A DNA stretch of 64,000 nucleotides, taken from assembly GCA_043228905.1 (NCBI GenBank), contig JBHGNT010000014.1, forward strand, positions 8,060,001-8,124,000, in the 5' to 3' direction. Numbering within the stretch: the stretch's first letter is position 1; each line of letters opens with the position of its first letter. The translations under genes and the position numbers were made by a program. Under the pieces are notes generated by a model. The model had not been told where the DNA came from. It was given only the letters and a program-made list of their open reading frames with translations, and ran no database searches. The stretch is from Azolla caroliniana. Its lineage: Eukaryota; Plantae; Polypodiophyta. This document shows, piece by piece, positions 61,476-64,000 of this stretch.

Positions 61476-61528
61476 GGCTCGAACCGCCTCCCTCTTGTTG
61501 AGAGTTGACCACCACGACCGCCAAGCTA
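61476..61528 (-). promoter_or_regulatory. tRNA-like A/B-box module (downstream of TATA, sense)
   Basis: TAGCTTGGCGG ... CTCT-caaca-AGAG ... GGTTCGAGCC; spacing 43 nt. Confidence 0.65.
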
Positions 61529-61791
61529 GAGCTCCATGTTTATGTTCAACTTCTTCCCTTCTTTCTCTATTTTTATGGTATCTCTTATGTAATACATAAT
61601 TTGATTGATATCTCATACCTCTTCCCCTTTTGATCTTCTCTTTCACCCTTTAAATAGGTGCCCCCATGCATATGATGCATTGGAGGGTACAAGACATGCA
61701 TGTGATGCATGATCGCCATTTGGCGTTCATGCATTACATGTGATGCATGATAAATATCTCGCTCATTTGAGCTTTTATGTATGAAAGGACC

Positions 61792-61845
61792 TAGCCTAAT
61801 GGTACTTGTGTTGACTTTGGTGTATGAGGTTGTGGGTTTGATTCT
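61792..61845 (+). promoter_or_regulatory. tRNA-like A/B-box module (U3, antisense)
   Basis: TAGCCTAATGG ... GGTTTGATTCT; spacing 43 nt. Confidence 0.6.
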
Positions 61846-61948
61846 CAAAATACTATTGAATACAACATACAACTTTATTTTTATATCATGAAGTCCTTTA
61901 TGTAATATAAAGTATGCTTTATTTTATGTATATTACTAGTATAGAGTA

Positions 61949-62286
61949 AATGTTTTATATATAAAGATAATATTAACAATACATATGATAATATTAGATA
62001 TATATGTAAAGAAAAATAAATATATATATATATATATAGATAAATATATTATATTACACGAACAAGAGTAATATAAAGTATGCTTTATTTTATGTATATT
62101 ACTAGTATAGAGTAAATGGTAAGATTTGAGAGTCATAGGGTGGGGTTATTGGTTCAAGTCCTCTCTTGTTCGTGTAATATAATATATTTATCTATATATA
62201 TTTATTTCTTTATTTCTTTATTTCTTTACATATATATCTAATATTATCATATGTATTGTTAATATTATCTTTATATATAAAACATT
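61949..62286. repeat. About 120-bp AT-rich inverted repeat (arms 61949-62068 and 62163-62286)
   Basis: Arms are reverse-complementary apart from microsatellite slippage; the loop contains an A/B-box module. Confidence 0.9.
62108..62161 (+). promoter_or_regulatory. tRNA-like A/B-box module (U3, antisense)
   Basis: TAGAGTAAATGG ... GGTTCAAGTCC; spacing 43 nt. Confidence 0.55.
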
Positions 62287-62398
62287 ATCAAATGTTATTT
62301 TAGTTGCGTATTTATCTTATTGTAGACTTTTAATGTGAAGCTTTCGTACTTCATGACATCCACCCCCTCTAGACCTCCACATCCTCCGGCATGTGCCA

Positions 62399-64000
62399 CT
62401 ATCTTTCATCTTCATGTTGATCTATTGGAGGAGGTTCAAGCTCAAACCTTTTCTTAAATACTTTTATCCTCTTTCCAGCTACCACGTTTAGGATTAGTGT
62501 CCCATCCAATTCACTAAGCTTATAAGTAAAGTTATCATATACTTTTCTTACTATATAAGGCCCAAACCATCTTTCAGCGAGCTTGCGGACAGTGCTATGT
62601 TGATTATCTAAACTGCTATCATACACGAGCACCCAATCTGCTTCTTCTATTTTCTTAGGTCGAATTCTATGAGTTTTATCAAAACGAATTTTATTCTTTA
62701 GTCGAGCCTCCTTCAATTGTTGGGCTGTTATTTCTATATCTTCAGGTCGACGCTCTAATTGTTGAATTCGCAAAGCAAGTAATTCTTCTCTGCTCACCTC
62801 TTCTCTCCATGGAATAGATATCCATGACATAAATGATTCTTCTATCGGCATGATGGGCTTTTGGCCAAGTATCAATTCAGTTGGCATGTATCCTATTACT
62901 GAACTATTGTTCGATCCGCCCATCGTGCATAAGGTAGCATGTGTGGCCAATCTCTTATTTTACCTTTATAGCTTTTCACGATCACCTTAACTATTGGGCT
63001 ATGTCCTCTTTCAATCTTTCCATTGGCTTCTGGATTATACGCAGTTGTAAGTGATAATTTGACCCCTATTCGGCTGAAGAATTCTCTAGCTTCATCAGAG
63101 TCCAGTTCTCCTCTATCTACAGTTATTTTACCAACACACCCGTAATGACATATTACATCTTCTAACAAAAATTTACATACAGCTCTAGTTGTTTTTTGTC
63201 GTAGTGGTCTTCCTTCTACTTGGTTTTTAAGGTCTTCTCTTGCTAGTACTAAATATCGCATTTGACCTTCCCCAAGTGGCATTGTCACTAGATCTACCAT
63301 CCATTTATAATGCATTGATGATGAATATGTTGGTTTTAGCTCATCTCGATACCAGATAGTTGAATACCTCTAGCAAACCTCACAGGTTTCCACAAATTTC
63401 ATTACATCTTTATACATATGTGGCCACCAATACTTTTCTTTCAACTTCATAAATGTCGCCCATATGCCTTTATGTCATGCCCACAAACTAGCATGGAATT
63501 CATTAATTAATTTTCTCTTAATGTCATCCTTACAAATGACTCGAAGAGGATTTTCGGTTGGCCTTTTTGGATGCCTCCATAAATGCCCTTCATGTAAAAA
63601 AAACTTGAATGCTCGTCTTCGAAATTCATTTAATTGTTTCTTCGACCATGATGGGTTGGCTTCTTGAGTCTTTAGAAATTTTCCTATTTCTAACCATTGA
63701 CCTTCATACTCTGTCTTTGAACATTATACTTACATTAAACTCATCATGAGGCGTAATAGATTCTTGATGAGCAAATTGATGGCTTGTAGTTGCCCAGTTC
63801 TTATCTTCAGTTTGGATCACCTTTTCATTTATGAACCTTGCCCTTGACAGCATATCTGCAACTGGGTTGTCTTTTCCCTTTATATGCCGCAATTCTGGGT
63901 TCATGGTTCTGATGTATACAATCCACCAAAGCATTGCAATATCTGGTGTCGTGCAACTTGCTATCATTCCAATGAGTGGCAAACAATCTGTTTCAACCAC
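62399..64000 (-). pseudogene. Gypsy RNase H C-terminus and integrase (non-chromovirus), runs off window
   Basis: VETDCLPL..HIKGKDNPVADMLSR; WMVDLV..TVDRGEL..NGKIERGH; RKLAERWFGPY. Confidence 0.92.

Larger units (their letters stand above)
61122..62358 (-). repeat. 3' LTR of autonomous-type gypsy (TGTCATGA...TCACGACA)
   Basis: PPT AGAGGGGGTGGA abuts 62358; core promoter region homologous to 38300-38470 and 50170-50310; flank CCGT. Confidence 0.85.

Overview
This 64 kb window is eukaryotic DNA, almost certainly from a land plant and probably a non-seed plant (inferred from the retroelement types). It is almost entirely nested LTR retrotransposons. One element is intact and very young: a Tnt1/Tork-like Ty1/copia at 13658-19208, with 715-bp LTRs, TSD CCGAA and a 1359-aa ORF. 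The rest are decayed copia elements, Tcn1-like chromoviruses, a tRNA-Arg-primed non-chromovirus Ty3/gypsy element with an extra 3' ORF, and a tRNA-Trp-primed gypsy group (termini TGTCG...CGACA) that includes gag-only non-autonomous elements. The only non-retroelement gene is a spliced, pseudogenised ParB/Srx-like gene at about 995-2849. The most unusual observations are: (1) the Arg-primed elements have no polypurine tract and instead carry an inverted second tRNA-Arg primer-binding site 2 nt from the 3' LTR, seen at three junctions in two families; (2) tRNA-like Pol III A/B-box modules with a fixed 43-44 nt spacing sit inside LTRs of two lineages and point outwards from the Pol II promoter; (3) all 7 readable insertions of the Trp-primed group are at a 4-bp NCGN target; (4) two adjacent inversions can be reconstructed from TSDs, one with a templated junction insert. 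Coordinates were read by eye; boundaries of decayed pieces are approximate.
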